Shown: positions 10,079 to 20,076 of the stretch, one piece after another
Position numbering within the stretch: position 1 is the first letter of the stretch
How the letters are laid out: each line of letters begins with the position of its first letter
Assembly (NCBI GenBank): GCA_963762145.1
Contig: CAVXJS010000021.1
Coordinates: forward strand, 608,001-672,000
Reading direction: 5' to 3'
Length of the DNA: 64,000 nt
Source of the DNA: an uncultured Candidatus Rokubacteria bacterium
GTDB taxonomy: Bacteria > Methylomirabilota > Methylomirabilia > Rokubacteriales > CSP1-6
The notes under the pieces: generated by a model
Database searches by the model: none
Seen by the model: only the letters and a program-made list of their open reading frames with translations
Told to the model about the DNA's origin: nothing
Program-made: the position numbers and the translations under genes

Positions 10079-10543
10079 ATGAGAGCATGGCTGCTCCTCG
10101 TCAGGCTACTACTCGTCGCAGGACTCGGCATCCTGCTCGCGGTACCCTCTCAGGGTGCCGGGCCGGCGGGGACGACGCGCGTCGTGGAGGCGGAGTACAC
10201 CGGCGACTGGGTCTGCCAGGCGCTCAGGCCGGGCTACAACATCCGGCCTCCCAGCGCCGATGCGTCGCAGCCGCTGACCAATAACATGACCACGCCGTCG
10301 ACGGTGACCGTGCTGAAGCTCACCCTCCGCACCGACCGGACCTACGTAGCCGCGGACGGCGGCGGGCGCTTCGCACTGGACCCGGCGGCCAAGACGATCA
10401 CCTGGCTGGACGGCCCGTACCGTGACGCGTTGACGAAGACGCAGCTGGGGCGCCGTGACAACGGCGCGCCCACGCTGGGATTCGTCAAGGACAAGCGCTA
10501 CTTTGGATGCTTCAAGCCGGAGCGGCAGGAGCGAGGGCGGTAG
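10079..10543 (+). CDS. Hypothetical secreted protein
   Basis: Hydrophobic signal peptide; coherent 154 aa ORF opposite to array. Confidence 0.65.
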   Translation: MRAWLLLVRLLLVAGLGILLAVPSQGAGPAGTTRVVEAEYTGDWVCQALRPGYNIRPPSADASQPLTNNMTTPSTVTVLKLTLRTDRTYVAADGGGRFALDPAAKTITWLDGPYRDALTKTQLGRRDNGAPTLGFVKDKRYFGCFKPERQERGR

Positions 10544-10565
10544 CGGCGGGCGAACGCCGGGAGCC

Positions 10566-11320
10566 CTACGTGATCTCCTCCTGGCTCCGGAAGACATCCA
10601 GGAGCAGCTCCTCGAAGGTCCGGAAGGAGGCCACCCGCTCGTCCTCGAAGCCGAAGGTGACGACGTGGAAGTGGCGGTCACGCGTGTCGAACACGTACTC
10701 GTCCACGTTGCCGGCATTCCCGAGCACGATGACATGGGCCGCGGGACGTCCAGATTCTCCAGGACCAGGTTCTCCGCCTCCTTGAAGAACGCCCCGTTGA
10801 TCTGCGCGCCGTTGGTCAGCCTCAAGAGGCGCACGAAAGATTCCGGGACCTGTTCTCCCAGCCTCGTCCGGGCGTCGCGCTGGAGATTGAGGATGGCCGC
10901 TTCGCCAGCGCCGGGCCTCAGGTAGACGGCTCTCTCCGGATCCGCTCCCAGACGGGCCAGCGTGTCGTAGACACCGGAGGCAAAGCCCGCGTCGACGTAC
11001 ACCCAGGCCGGCCGCTCCGAAGCCAGCGTCACGCTCACGCGTCCGAAGCCGGCGGCCGCTTCCGAACGGTCGGCCGCCGCTAGCTCGGCGTCGGTGACCT
11101 CGAACAGCGTGCCGCCCACACGGCTCTCACCCCGGCAGGTGAACGTGACGCTGGCATGGTGCGTCCGGCCACTTGCCGCCACGACCCGCGGATCCTCGAT
11201 CGGGACCGACGACGCCTCGAACCCGACGAGCTCGTCCCTCGGGCCCCGAAGCAGCCTCCCCAGGATGGACCGTTGCACCTCTTCCTGCTGGAAGGTGCCG
11301 TACGAGAAGAGAAGCGGCAT
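10566..11320 (-). CDS. Gamma-glutamylcyclotransferase domain fused to SMI1/KNR4 (YrhA-like) domain (frameshift ~10740)
   Basis: LFSYGTFQ..AWVYV, then LRPGA..VPESFVRLLRLTNGAQING..., HVIVLGN..SFRTFEELL in next frame. Confidence 0.7.
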
Positions 11321-11339
11321 GACAACGGGTTTCTTGCTC

Positions 11340-13040
11340 TCAGGGTTTCCAATCCACCGAGTGCTCCTCGAGGTAGGCGTCGACGGCGGCGCCCACGGTG
11401 GGATGGAAGCTCGCGGGACCGAAGTGCTCGAGCAGCTCGAAGCGCTTCAGCTTGTCCTTGACCGGATCCTTCATTTCCGCGAAGCGGATCTCGATGCCCG
11501 ATTCGCGCAGGGCCTGCTCCAGCTCGGCGAGCATGTCCGCCGAGGTCACGTCGATGCTGGTGACCGGCTCGGCGGTCACGATGATCCGCCGCACCGGCGT
11601 CGGCGATTGCGCCACGGCCTCGAGCACGCGCTGGTGAAACAGCTCGGCATTGGCGAAGAAGAGCGGCGCATCCCACCGGAACAGGACCAGGCCCGGAACG
11701 AGCCGCGCCTCGGGATAGCGCTTGATGTCGTGGAAGCCCCGGACGCCGTCGGCTCGGCCCAGCACGGCGTAATGTGGCCGCCAGCCGTCCCATAGAAATT
11801 CCATGACCGCGATGACGATCGCCAAGCAGATGCCGGGAATCGCCCCGAATGATGCGACGCCAACGAAGCAGACGACGGACAGCCAGAACTCCCAGCGCTG
11901 GATGCGGAAAATGCGGCGCAGGTCGGCGAATTCGAACAGACCGATAGCCGACGCAATCACGACGGCTGCCAGCGCGCTGCTGGGCAGGTCTTTCAGCAGA
12001 TTGGGTGCCACTAACAGCAGCAGCGCGACGGCCGCGGCGCCGACCACGCCGGTGAGCTGGGTCTTCGCGCCCGCGGCTTCGGCGACCGGCGTGCGCGAGG
12101 AGCTGCTGCTGATCGGAAACCCCTGGAACAGTCCAGCCGCCAGGTTGGCCGCGCCCAGACCGACCATCTCCTGGTTCGGATCGACATGGGAGCGGGTCTT
12201 GGCCGCATACGTGCGCGACAGGACGCTCGTATCGGCGAACGCCACCATGGCGACGGCGCAGCCGCCGATCACCACCTGGACGAGATCGGCGAGCTCGATC
12301 CACGGCAGCGCGAACGACGGCAGGCCTTGCGGCAGCGGACCGAGCACCTTCACCCCGGCGCTCTCCAGGCCGAGCGCCCCGACCACGACCGTGGCGCCCA
12401 CGACCGCGATCAGGAGGCCGGGGATTCGCTTCCAGGGCTTGAGCAGCAGGATCGCCGCCAGCGTCCCGGCGCCGACCGCGAACGTCGTCCAGTTGGCCTG
12501 GCCGCCCAGGATCGCCTGAGCGATCCGCAGGACGTCGCGCATCGGCCCGACGCTGTCGATCGAAAAGCCGAACAGCTTCGGCAGCTGGCTGATCAGCACG
12601 GTGAGCGCGATCCCGTTCATGTAGCCGTAGCGGATCGGCTTGGACAGCAGCTCGGTGACGAATCCCAGGCGCATCACGCCGATCAGGATGCACACCAGCC
12701 CGGACACCACCGCCATCATGCTCGCCAGGGCCACGGCCCGCATCGGGTCGCCGGCAGAGAGAGGCAGCACGACCGCGAGGATCACCGCGGCGAGCGCGGA
12801 ATCCGGCCCCAGCACCAGGATGCGGCTCGGGCCGAACAGGGCGTAGGCGAGCAGCGGGACGATGGTGGCGTACAGGCCGTAGATTCCCGGGACGCCCGAA
12901 GCCACTGCGTAGGCGATTCCGACCGGCACCAGCATCGTGGTCAGCACGAGGCCGGCCATCAGATCGTGCGGCAGCCAGACGGCCTCGTACCGGCCGAGCA
13001 TCTGCAGTCCGGGCAGCCAACGCTTCCAGCCGTTCATCAA
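11340..13040 (-). CDS. SulP family anion transporter with STAS domain
   Basis: DLMAGL, GLYATIVP, DPNQEMVGLGAAN, SSSRT, APLFFANAE. Confidence 0.95.
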   Translation of the reverse strand: MMNGWKRWLPGLQMLGRYEAVWLPHDLMAGLVLTTMLVPVGIAYAVASGVPGIYGLYATIVPLLAYALFGPSRILVLGPDSALAAVILAVVLPLSAGDPMRAVALASMMAVVSGLVCILIGVMRLGFVTELLSKPIRYGYMNGIALTVLISQLPKLFGFSIDSVGPMRDVLRIAQAILGGQANWTTFAVGAGTLAAILLLKPWKRIPGLLIAVVGATVVVGALGLESAGVKVLGPLPQGLPSFALPWIELADLVQVVIGGCAVAMVAFADTSVLSRTYAAKTRSHVDPNQEMVGLGAANLAAGLFQGFPISSSSSRTPVAEAAGAKTQLTGVVGAAAVALLLLVAPNLLKDLPSSALAAVVIASAIGLFEFADLRRIFRIQRWEFWLSVVCFVGVASFGAIPGICLAIVIAVMEFLWDGWRPHYAVLGRADGVRGFHDIKRYPEARLVPGLVLFRWDAPLFFANAELFHQRVLEAVAQSPTPVRRIIVTAEPVTSIDVTSADMLAELEQALRESGIEIRFAEMKDPVKDKLKRFELLEHFGPASFHPTVGAAVDAYLEEHSVDWKP

Positions 13041-13043
13041 TAC

Positions 13044-13724
13044 CTAGGGCAATCCCACCGAGATCCTCTCCAGGAGCTTCGTCGCGGCGTCGAACAGAAA
13101 GTACGTGTCGTGCCCGCTACGACGGAACCGAACGACGTCCTGGAATTCGAGTCCTGGGCTGGAACCGAGCCCGGCGGCCACTGCCTCTTTCCGCCGTTGC
13201 TCGCCTGACTTCACCTCGGGACTGTGCTCGGACAGTAGCTGCAGGACCTTCTCTTCATTCCACGTTGCGTCGACTGCGGGCTTGAGCTCACCAGCGAATC
13301 GTTGATAGTGCAGCTGGGAGCCCTTATCCCATGACTTGGAGAAGTAGATCGTCACGGTGGTGATCCTGTCCCCTTTGGCGGGCTGCTCGAACCGGAAGCT
13401 CAGGCCCGCGTCGTGAAAATGAACTTGTGGGCCGGTGACCCCCGCCATACCACGCTGAACCGCGCTCGGCCGACCGAGTAGGTCCGTGAGCTGGTCGATC
13501 GTGAACGTCGAGATCGGACGGCCGTCGATGCTGCCCGAAAGCACGTCGATCCCCACCGTCCGTGTGCTCTGGGCCTCAACCCCCGCCGCCGTCATTGCGA
13601 CCAGGAAAGCTGCGATGCACGCTCCGAACGTCCGCGTCATTGTCCTCCCCGGCTGAGCCAAGCTGCGGTCGATGCCCGATGCTGGCGTGCAGTCTATCAC
13701 CCGCGACCGTGCCATCACCCTCAT
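13044..13724 (-). CDS. Hypothetical secreted protein (true start probably ~13640)
   Basis: MTRTFGACIAAFLVAMTAAG signal-like segment. Confidence 0.6.
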   Translation of the reverse strand: MRVMARSRVIDCTPASGIDRSLAQPGRTMTRTFGACIAAFLVAMTAAGVEAQSTRTVGIDVLSGSIDGRPISTFTIDQLTDLLGRPSAVQRGMAGVTGPQVHFHDAGLSFRFEQPAKGDRITTVTIYFSKSWDKGSQLHYQRFAGELKPAVDATWNEEKVLQLLSEHSPEVKSGEQRRKEAVAAGLGSSPGLEFQDVVRFRRSGHDTYFLFDAATKLLERISVGLP

Positions 13725-13745
13725 GCCGGCGGCTGCAACCGGTTG

Positions 13746-14618
13746 TCAGGCGCCCTGGGCCGTCTCGGAGTTTCTTGCGGTCATCAGCGCATTCAATTCA
13801 CGAAACGTGACCGTGTCGTCGGCAAACGCGAACGTTCCTTGCTCTGTGACCTCCCGCGCGGCGCGCAAGAACGCGGTCATCGCCGCCCGAAAGAATGTCG
13901 GTCCCAGACTGATACGCCGGACCCCCGCCTCGACCAGCTTGCCGACCGGAAAACATTGATTCTTCGGTCCCACCATCACTTTGAGCGGACGAGACACCGA
14001 TGCGCACACGGTCCGAATGGCAGCCAAGTCAGGCAGGCTCGGCGCGTAGAGCACATCCGCTCCGGCGGCGGCGAATGCCTGAAGACGCTCGATGGTGTCA
14101 TCGAGATCCGGTTGTCCGCGGAGAACATTCTCGGCACGGGCGGTCAGCGTGAACGCGAACGGCAGCGACCGTGCCGCCTCGACTGCGGCCCTTATGCGCT
14201 CCACGGCGTGGGATCTGGAGTAGATCGGACGGTGGGGATCGCCGGTCGCGTCTTCGATGGAGCAACCAACCAGTCCGACGGAGGCGGCGAGCCGAACAGT
14301 TTCGGCGACACTTTCCGGCTCGTTCCCATACCCGTTCTCCATGTCGGTCGATACCGGAAGATCGGTGGACTGGACGAGCGCACGCGCATGGGCAAGCACC
14401 TCCGCTCGCGTCACCGCGCCTTCGCCATCCCGCTTTCCAAGAGTGATTGCGAAGCCGCCACTGGTCGTCGCCAGTGCTTCGTACCCCAACCCGGCCAGCA
14501 TCCGCGCGGTGCCTGCGTCCCACGGGTTGGGGATCACGAATCCGCCCGGACGCTCGTGCAGCGCGCGAAACCGTTCGGCCTTGTCTGCTTGACTGACAAC
14601 CATCGGTTCTCCCCTCAT
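13746..14618 (-). CDS. Isocitrate lyase/PEP mutase family protein
   Basis: IPNPWDAGTAR, ATTSGG, DMENGYG, GCSIED, ARAEN. Confidence 0.9.
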   Translation of the reverse strand: MRGEPMVVSQADKAERFRALHERPGGFVIPNPWDAGTARMLAGLGYEALATTSGGFAITLGKRDGEGAVTRAEVLAHARALVQSTDLPVSTDMENGYGNEPESVAETVRLAASVGLVGCSIEDATGDPHRPIYSRSHAVERIRAAVEAARSLPFAFTLTARAENVLRGQPDLDDTIERLQAFAAAGADVLYAPSLPDLAAIRTVCASVSRPLKVMVGPKNQCFPVGKLVEAGVRRISLGPTFFRAAMTAFLRAAREVTEQGTFAFADDTVTFRELNALMTARNSETAQGA

Positions 14619-14633
14619 CAGCGTTGAGCGGAC

Positions 14634-14855
14634 TCACGGTGACTTCGGACGCGCCGATCCGCCGCCGCGTACGAGGTAGTACAGCCCCACCACCAGCAGC
14701 AATACCGCAAACACCAACCCAACCACCTGCCCGGCCCCGTAGGCCTCGGCTCCATCACCGGCACCACCCCCTGAAAGACGCCCCAAGAGAATCAGCCCGC
14801 CCCACAGTACGCCGATCGCGCCGAGGACCCGGTTACGCACTCTGCACCTCCTCAA
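14634..14855 (-). CDS. Small hypothetical membrane protein
   Basis: Two TM helices directly downstream of attC 14868-14925. Confidence 0.6.
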   Translation of the reverse strand: MRRCRVRNRVLGAIGVLWGGLILLGRLSGGGAGDGAEAYGAGQVVGLVFAVLLLVVGLYYLVRGGGSARPKSP

Positions 14856-14867
14856 TCATGTAGAGAC

Positions 14868-14925
14868 GCCTAACGCTCAAGGTGAGCGGCAAGCGCCGCG
14901 CGTTCGCTCAAGCGTGGAGTTAGGG
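14868..14925 (-). mobile_element. attC site (intact)
   Basis: GCCTAAC ... GTTAGGG with internal imperfect palindrome (TGAGCG/CGCTCA), 58 bp, just after a stop codon. Confidence 0.85.
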
Positions 14926-14930
14926 CGCGG

Positions 14931-15227
14931 TCACTGCTCTAGAAGCGAGCAACGGATCCCACTGAGCTTCGTCACCATCCCCGTGGTTTCTGCACGCATT
15001 CGTGCGACATGTGGACCATCCCAGTGGACTTGGAAGGCCGCATCGTCCGCATAGACCTCGTAGAGCATCACGCTGCTCTCCTCGTTCCTCGGTCGGAGAA
15101 CGTCGAAACGAAGAGTGCCCGGCTCATCCTTGAGGCAACGATCGCGGTGGGCCATCAGCAGTGGCAAGAATGCCTCCATATGTCCCGGCGCAATCTCAAA
15201 GGTAGCGACGATCGCAAATTTAGCCAT
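14931..15227 (-). CDS. Antibiotic biosynthesis monooxygenase (quinol monooxygenase-like)
   Basis: DEPGTLRFDVL, LYEVYADDAAFQVH. Confidence 0.85.
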   Translation of the reverse strand: MAKFAIVATFEIAPGHMEAFLPLLMAHRDRCLKDEPGTLRFDVLRPRNEESSVMLYEVYADDAAFQVHWDGPHVARMRAETTGMVTKLSGIRCSLLEQ

Positions 15228-15298
15228 CCTGTTGCTCCTCACTACTGCCACGCCAGTTGAACCGATACACAAGCACGCTCCCTTGTCGCTCCCACGCC

Positions 15299-15320
15299 CG
15301 CTAAAGCATGGGGGTTAGGT
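15299..15320 (-). mobile_element. Collapsed attC remnant
   Basis: CGCTAAA-gcatgggg-GTTAGGT next to the GNAT stop; core boxes only, stem absent. Confidence 0.45.
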
Positions 15321-15323
15321 GGC

Positions 15324-15761
15324 CTACCTCTCCCAGCCCTCAAGGGTTTTCTCCATCTCGCCACCGCTCGACGGGTACACTCGGTATCCGCGACGCTCGT
15401 ACCCAGCGACCAGACGGTTCTCGCTGATCCCATCGTCGATCGGACGCGGGTACAGCCGGACGCGTCTATAACCCGCTTGCCGGGCCAAGTCTTCGCCGAA
15501 CTGAACAAGCGCTGCTCCGATACCTCTCGATCGGAATTCGCTGAGCACGAAGACTTCGTATATCACTCCGAGGGCCACATCTGGATGGTCGTCAAACGAC
15601 AGGTAACCAGCCTCCTTGTCGTTGACCCTTGCTGCAAACTGGCGCGCATTGGGCCGTGCCGCGCGCTCCGCACGTCCCCGAAGTATTGGACTGGCCAGGT
15701 GACTCGGGCTCAGTATGGCCGCCACTCCAATGCTTGGCCTCCGGTTCACGGCGCTATCCAC
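15324..15761 (-). CDS. GNAT N-acetyltransferase (N-terminus possibly chimeric)
   Basis: VFVLSEFRSRGIGAALV, YERRGY. Confidence 0.7.
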   Translation of the reverse strand: MDSAVNRRPSIGVAAILSPSHLASPILRGRAERAARPNARQFAARVNDKEAGYLSFDDHPDVALGVIYEVFVLSEFRSRGIGAALVQFGEDLARQAGYRRVRLYPRPIDDGISENRLVAGYERRGYRVYPSSGGEMEKTLEGWER

Positions 15762-16729
15762 CTGACGCTCCCGCTCATCGGCCGAACGACTTCGAGCGCC
15801 GGCGCGGACTCTTCGTCGTGGATCTCACCTTGCAAGCCCCGATGGATCGCCCAGGCTAGAAAGAATCCGATGTGGGTACCGCCATTCTCCGGAGGCAGAT
15901 CCGGTGGGTAGTCGCCGCCATACCGACCCGCCCGATGCAACTCGCCCATCGTCACGAGATGCCGGGTGAGGTGTTCTGGCAGCCCCGCCTTCTTGAGCTC
16001 GCGTTCCCAATCCTCGGCGGGGATGTCGGAGTACGTGACCTCCCGGTTGAGCGCGTCCGAGAACTCCCGGGCGACCCCGTGCATGTCCTGTGACCGCGGA
16101 CCGGTGAGTTCGTATACCCGGCCCAGATGCGGCCCGGGGTCGGCGAGAACGGCAGCGACCACCCGGGCGACATCAGCCGCCGCAACCGGAGAGGTCTTGC
16201 CCCGCCCGAACGGCACCTCGATGCGGCCTCGGGCACGCACGGTCGGAGCGGCCAGAGGGAGAAAGGTCTCCAGGAACATCGTCGGTCGGATGGTGACGAC
16301 CGGCAGGCCGGACCACGCGAGCGCCTGCTCACCGAGCCAGTGCTGCCGCTGCTGACCGCTCGAGGTGGTCTTCTGAATGCTCATCTGGGAGACGGTCATC
16401 TGCGACATGTTGACCACGGCGTCCACCCCGACTTCCCGGGCGACCACCGCCATGGTGACCGTCGCTTCCAGGTACCCGGCAGACACGGACATGCCGAAGT
16501 AGACTCGCCGACAGCCGCTGACGACCCGATAGACGTCGGCCGGCTCGAGGAGGTCTCCGACCACCACCTCCGCCCCGACGGCCCGTAGAGCTGCCGCCCG
16601 GTCGTCTTCGCGGCGCACCATGGCGCGAACCGGGAGCCCGCGATCGAGGAGCAGGCCGCAGACCGTTCGCCCCACCGCCCCGAGTTGACCGGCCGCCCCG
16701 GTGACGAGGATCGGTCCGTCATCGGTCAT
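15746..16729 (-). CDS. NmrA/NAD(P)-binding protein with foreign C-terminal segment
   Basis: ILVTGAAGQLG Rossmann motif; after GRY switches to GGDYPPDLPPENGGTHIGFFLAWAI. Confidence 0.8.
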   Translation of the reverse strand: MTDDGPILVTGAAGQLGAVGRTVCGLLLDRGLPVRAMVRREDDRAAALRAVGAEVVVGDLLEPADVYRVVSGCRRVYFGMSVSAGYLEATVTMAVVAREVGVDAVVNMSQMTVSQMSIQKTTSSGQQRQHWLGEQALAWSGLPVVTIRPTMFLETFLPLAAPTVRARGRIEVPFGRGKTSPVAAADVARVVAAVLADPGPHLGRVYELTGPRSQDMHGVAREFSDALNREVTYSDIPAEDWERELKKAGLPEHLTRHLVTMGELHRAGRYGGDYPPDLPPENGGTHIGFFLAWAIHRGLQGEIHDEESAPALEVVRPMSGSVRWIAP

Positions 16730-16741
16730 ATGACGGTTCCT

Positions 16742-17116
16742 TCACGCCAGCCCCTCCGGGGCGACCACGCCCATTGCTTGACGAAGACTGCGAGAGCCTC
16801 TTGGCATTCTCTCTAGCTCGGAGAAGACCGCCTCCCATTGCGGTGGATCAAGCCACTCGTACAGATGACCGTCGTCATCAACATCCATGGCTGGTGCCAG
16901 CAACTGCATGCGCGCCTGCCACGCGGCAAACGCCCGCCTGGATGCGACTGCCTCCCGGCGGCTCCGCCACATCAGCCCCATACCGAGTGCCATGGCTAGA
17001 CCAAATAGCGAAAGAAACAGAGGACTCCATGGCCGAGGCCGCACGACAACCAACACGAGAAGGAGCAGCGCCCAGAGAGCATAGTGCGCGAACTGAGAAC
17101 GCAGGAGCCTATTCAT
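16742..17116 (-). CDS. Hypothetical membrane protein
   Basis: Two N-terminal TM helices. Confidence 0.6.
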   Translation of the reverse strand: MNRLLRSQFAHYALWALLLLVLVVVRPRPWSPLFLSLFGLAMALGMGLMWRSRREAVASRRAFAAWQARMQLLAPAMDVDDDGHLYEWLDPPQWEAVFSELERMPRGSRSLRQAMGVVAPEGLA

Positions 17117-17143
17117 CGCTCTCTGACGCCGACACGCGTCAGC

Positions 17144-17348
17144 TCATGCCCTCGCGACCGCCTCACCACACTGAAGGAGGTAGCCATTGTTGTCATAGAT
17201 CGCACACTCGCGCATTCCGTAGTCGAACGTCTCAATGGGATAACACACGCGAGCTTCGTTCTTGAGGCGGGACCAGAGGCCGTCGACATCGCTCACACGA
17301 AAGTAGAGCGACCCGGTGAACGCCGGGGCCGGGTCTCTCTACGTTCAT
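17144..17348 (-). pseudogene. VOC/glyoxalase gene with internal deletion
   Basis: MNVER joined out of frame to PAFTGSLYFRVSDVDGLW...YGMRECAIYDNNGYLLQCGE; not in ORF track. Confidence 0.7.
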
Positions 17349-17650
17349 TGAATCCCCTCAGAGTCCTGGCTAGCCGGGTAGAAGGCAAAACCAGGCGTTA
17401 CATCTGGAACATCCTCGACTCCAACCTCGTCAATATCCTCCACATAGATGATCGGCGGATCAGCGCGCTCGTTGAGCACGCTACGGCCAAGCTTTGGATC
17501 CTGTCTGATGATCTCGACTGCGGCACTCTCTGCCTCGATCTCGCTGGCCGCTTGGACAAAACGCGTCGTGAAAAACCCAACACACTCGGGACCGGTATCA
17601 TGCCGAAGCCAGAAGTTCCGGCCACGCACCAACACCCGGTAGTGCGGCAT
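17345..17650 (-). CDS. Hypothetical protein
   Basis: MPHYRVLVRGRNF..GFFTTRFVQA..GFAFYP with GGAG RBS. Confidence 0.65.
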   Translation of the reverse strand: MPHYRVLVRGRNFWLRHDTGPECVGFFTTRFVQAASEIEAESAAVEIIRQDPKLGRSVLNERADPPIIYVEDIDEVGVEDVPDVTPGFAFYPASQDSEGIQ

Positions 17651-17711
17651 CTCCCCATCCACTCCGTCCAACAGACCAACGTTCAGCGCCTGAACGGGCG
17701 ACGGTCCAACC

Positions 17712-18197
17712 TCAACCGCGGCGCGCCGCCTCGATTGCGGCGATGTCGATCTTGTTCATCTGCATCATCGCATCGAACGCGCGCTTGGCGGCGGCGGGAT
17801 CGGGATCGGTTATCGCGTTGGTCAGAGCGATCGGCGTAATCTGCCAGGACAATCCCCACATGTCCTTGCACCAGCCGCACGCACTCTCTTGGCCGCCGTT
17901 GCCGACGATTGCGTTCCAGTAACGATCGGTTTCGGCCTGGTCGGCGGTTGCGACCTGAAACGAGAATGCTTCGTTGTGCTTGAATGAGGGTCCGCCATTG
18001 AGTCCGAGGCAGGGAATCCCCATCACGGTAAACTCAACCGTCAACACATCCCCTTTCTTCCCGGACGGAAAGTCTCCCGGGGCGCGATGCACCGAGCCGA
18101 CGGATGAATCGGGAAAGGTCTTGGCGTAGAATCGCGCCGCGTCCTCAGCGTTGCCATCGTACCAAAGGCAAATCGTGTTCTTTGCTGGCTTCACCAT
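17712..18197 (-). CDS. PhnB-like VOC family protein
   Basis: ICLWYD, GLNGGP, ESACGWCKD.WGLSWQI, MMQMNKIDIA. Confidence 0.9.
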   Translation of the reverse strand: MVKPAKNTICLWYDGNAEDAARFYAKTFPDSSVGSVHRAPGDFPSGKKGDVLTVEFTVMGIPCLGLNGGPSFKHNEAFSFQVATADQAETDRYWNAIVGNGGQESACGWCKDMWGLSWQITPIALTNAITDPDPAAAKRAFDAMMQMNKIDIAAIEAARRG

Positions 18198-18241
18198 GTC
18201 ACTCTCCTCCGTGATGAGTGATTCCCTGTGCCTCCGGCCGC

Positions 18242-18658
18242 TCACAATTTGACCTGCGTGTCAGCGGGCGGAATGCTCGAGGTGGACACGCGACGGCATA
18301 GCCAGAGCGCAACACACAGTGGGCCCCACATGAACCAGGACGTCAAGAGGATCACCAGCAAAGCATCGAACACCGAGCCTCGCGCAAGCGCGAGCATACG
18401 GTAGCCACACCACAGAATTCCGAGCGACAGACATACAGACGCCAGCCACCTCGCTCCTCGTGCCTGGACTCCTATCGCGGCCACCAAGGCTGAGGCGGCT
18501 ACCAGCAGGACCATCACGGCGGTGGCGAGAATCTCTGCGGTCCCCCGACAAGGCGTGTCGGAGCACGCCAGTCTGGGATCGACAATCGGCAGGATCGCAG
18601 TAGGGGCCAGCAGACCGACAGCAAACACCGCTACGTATACTCGAAGAGCGACGATCAA
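18242..18658 (-). CDS. Hypothetical membrane protein
   Basis: Four hydrophobic segments; TTGA overlap with LysE stop. Confidence 0.5.
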   Translation of the reverse strand: MIVALRVYVAVFAVGLLAPTAILPIVDPRLACSDTPCRGTAEILATAVMVLLVAASALVAAIGVQARGARWLASVCLSLGILWCGYRMLALARGSVFDALLVILLTSWFMWGPLCVALWLCRRVSTSSIPPADTQVKL

Positions 18659-19319
18659 CGGGCGCGAACCTCCTGGAACACCATCCGAAGCGCCAGGCCG
18701 ACAAACACAAGTCCGAGGACGCTGGACGCCACGTGGTCGAATCTGCCGCTCGGGTTGAAAGCCCAACGCACTGAACCCGCTCCCCACGCTACGCCTAGAT
18801 TCACCGTCATCACGGTAATCGTGAGGAGTCCCCCCAGCACCGCGATCTGCAACGGCACTTCTTCTGCCGGCGCGGTGGCGAACTGAGGAAGGAACAAGCT
18901 GAAGAAGAGCAGCGCCTTGGGATTGAGCAGATTATTGACCAGGCCTCGCCACACCCAGCCACGTGGTCGCTCGCGGTCGATCGCCCGTGGCGCCGCGGAA
19001 ACCTCCTCGCCGGTACGCCTCGCCTTCCTGAGCAGGCCTATCCCGATCCACAGGAGATAGGCCGCTCCAACGAACCGCACACCGTCGGCGACGACCGGCA
19101 TGCGTTGCATGAGGTGCCCCAAGCCGAACGCCACCAGGGCTGTCTGAAGGAATCCGGCCAAGGCGATGCCACGGAACACCACACGCCGGCTCGGGCGCCG
19201 CGCGCGAGCGCATGAGACACGATCAACGTCAGGTCCGGGCCGGGGGCGACTGCCAACGCGAGCACTGCGAGGAAGAACACCGGAAGAACAGCCGGGTCGA
19301 GCATAACGAAGCTTACCAT
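18655..19319 (-). CDS. LysE family translocator (frameshift ~19185)
   Basis: LAVAPGPD, GAAYLLWIG, NLLNPKALLFF..FLPQF. Confidence 0.85.
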
Positions 19320-19369
19320 CGAGCGTTCGCGTGAGACTTCCGCGCGGCCTGATAGCACGGCGGCAACGG

Positions 19370-19397
19370 GTCTAGCGCTTCAACCACGGCCTTTGGG

Positions 19398-19398
<1 letters not shown>
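19370..19398 (-). mobile_element. Collapsed/degenerate attC remnant
   Basis: GTCTAGC ... TTTGGGC abutting the DHFR stop codon, only 29 bp. Confidence 0.4.
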
Positions 19399-19949
<551 letters not shown>

Positions 19950-19974
19950 GTAAGCGTACCGATCGCCATAGGGC

Positions 19975-20070
19975 GGCCTACGCCCGGATCAGGCGCGGCG
20001 GGCGCCCGCCAACCACCCGTCAGCGGCCGCGCGCCTTGCCCCTGCCGCCGCCTGCATTCGGAAGTTGGGC
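19975..20070 (-). mobile_element. attC site (one core box damaged)
   Basis: GGCCTAC-gcccggatCAGGCGcggcggg ... ccgcCGCCTGcattcggaa-GTTGGGC; long stem with bulged base. Confidence 0.7.
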
Positions 20071-20076
20071 GGCACA

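Noticed and set aside
17674-17700. GACCAAC-gttcag-cgc-ctgaac mini-hairpin as attC (also 13733-13748 and 17121-17144)
   Set aside because: Too short and degenerate to distinguish from chance by eye; not listed as features
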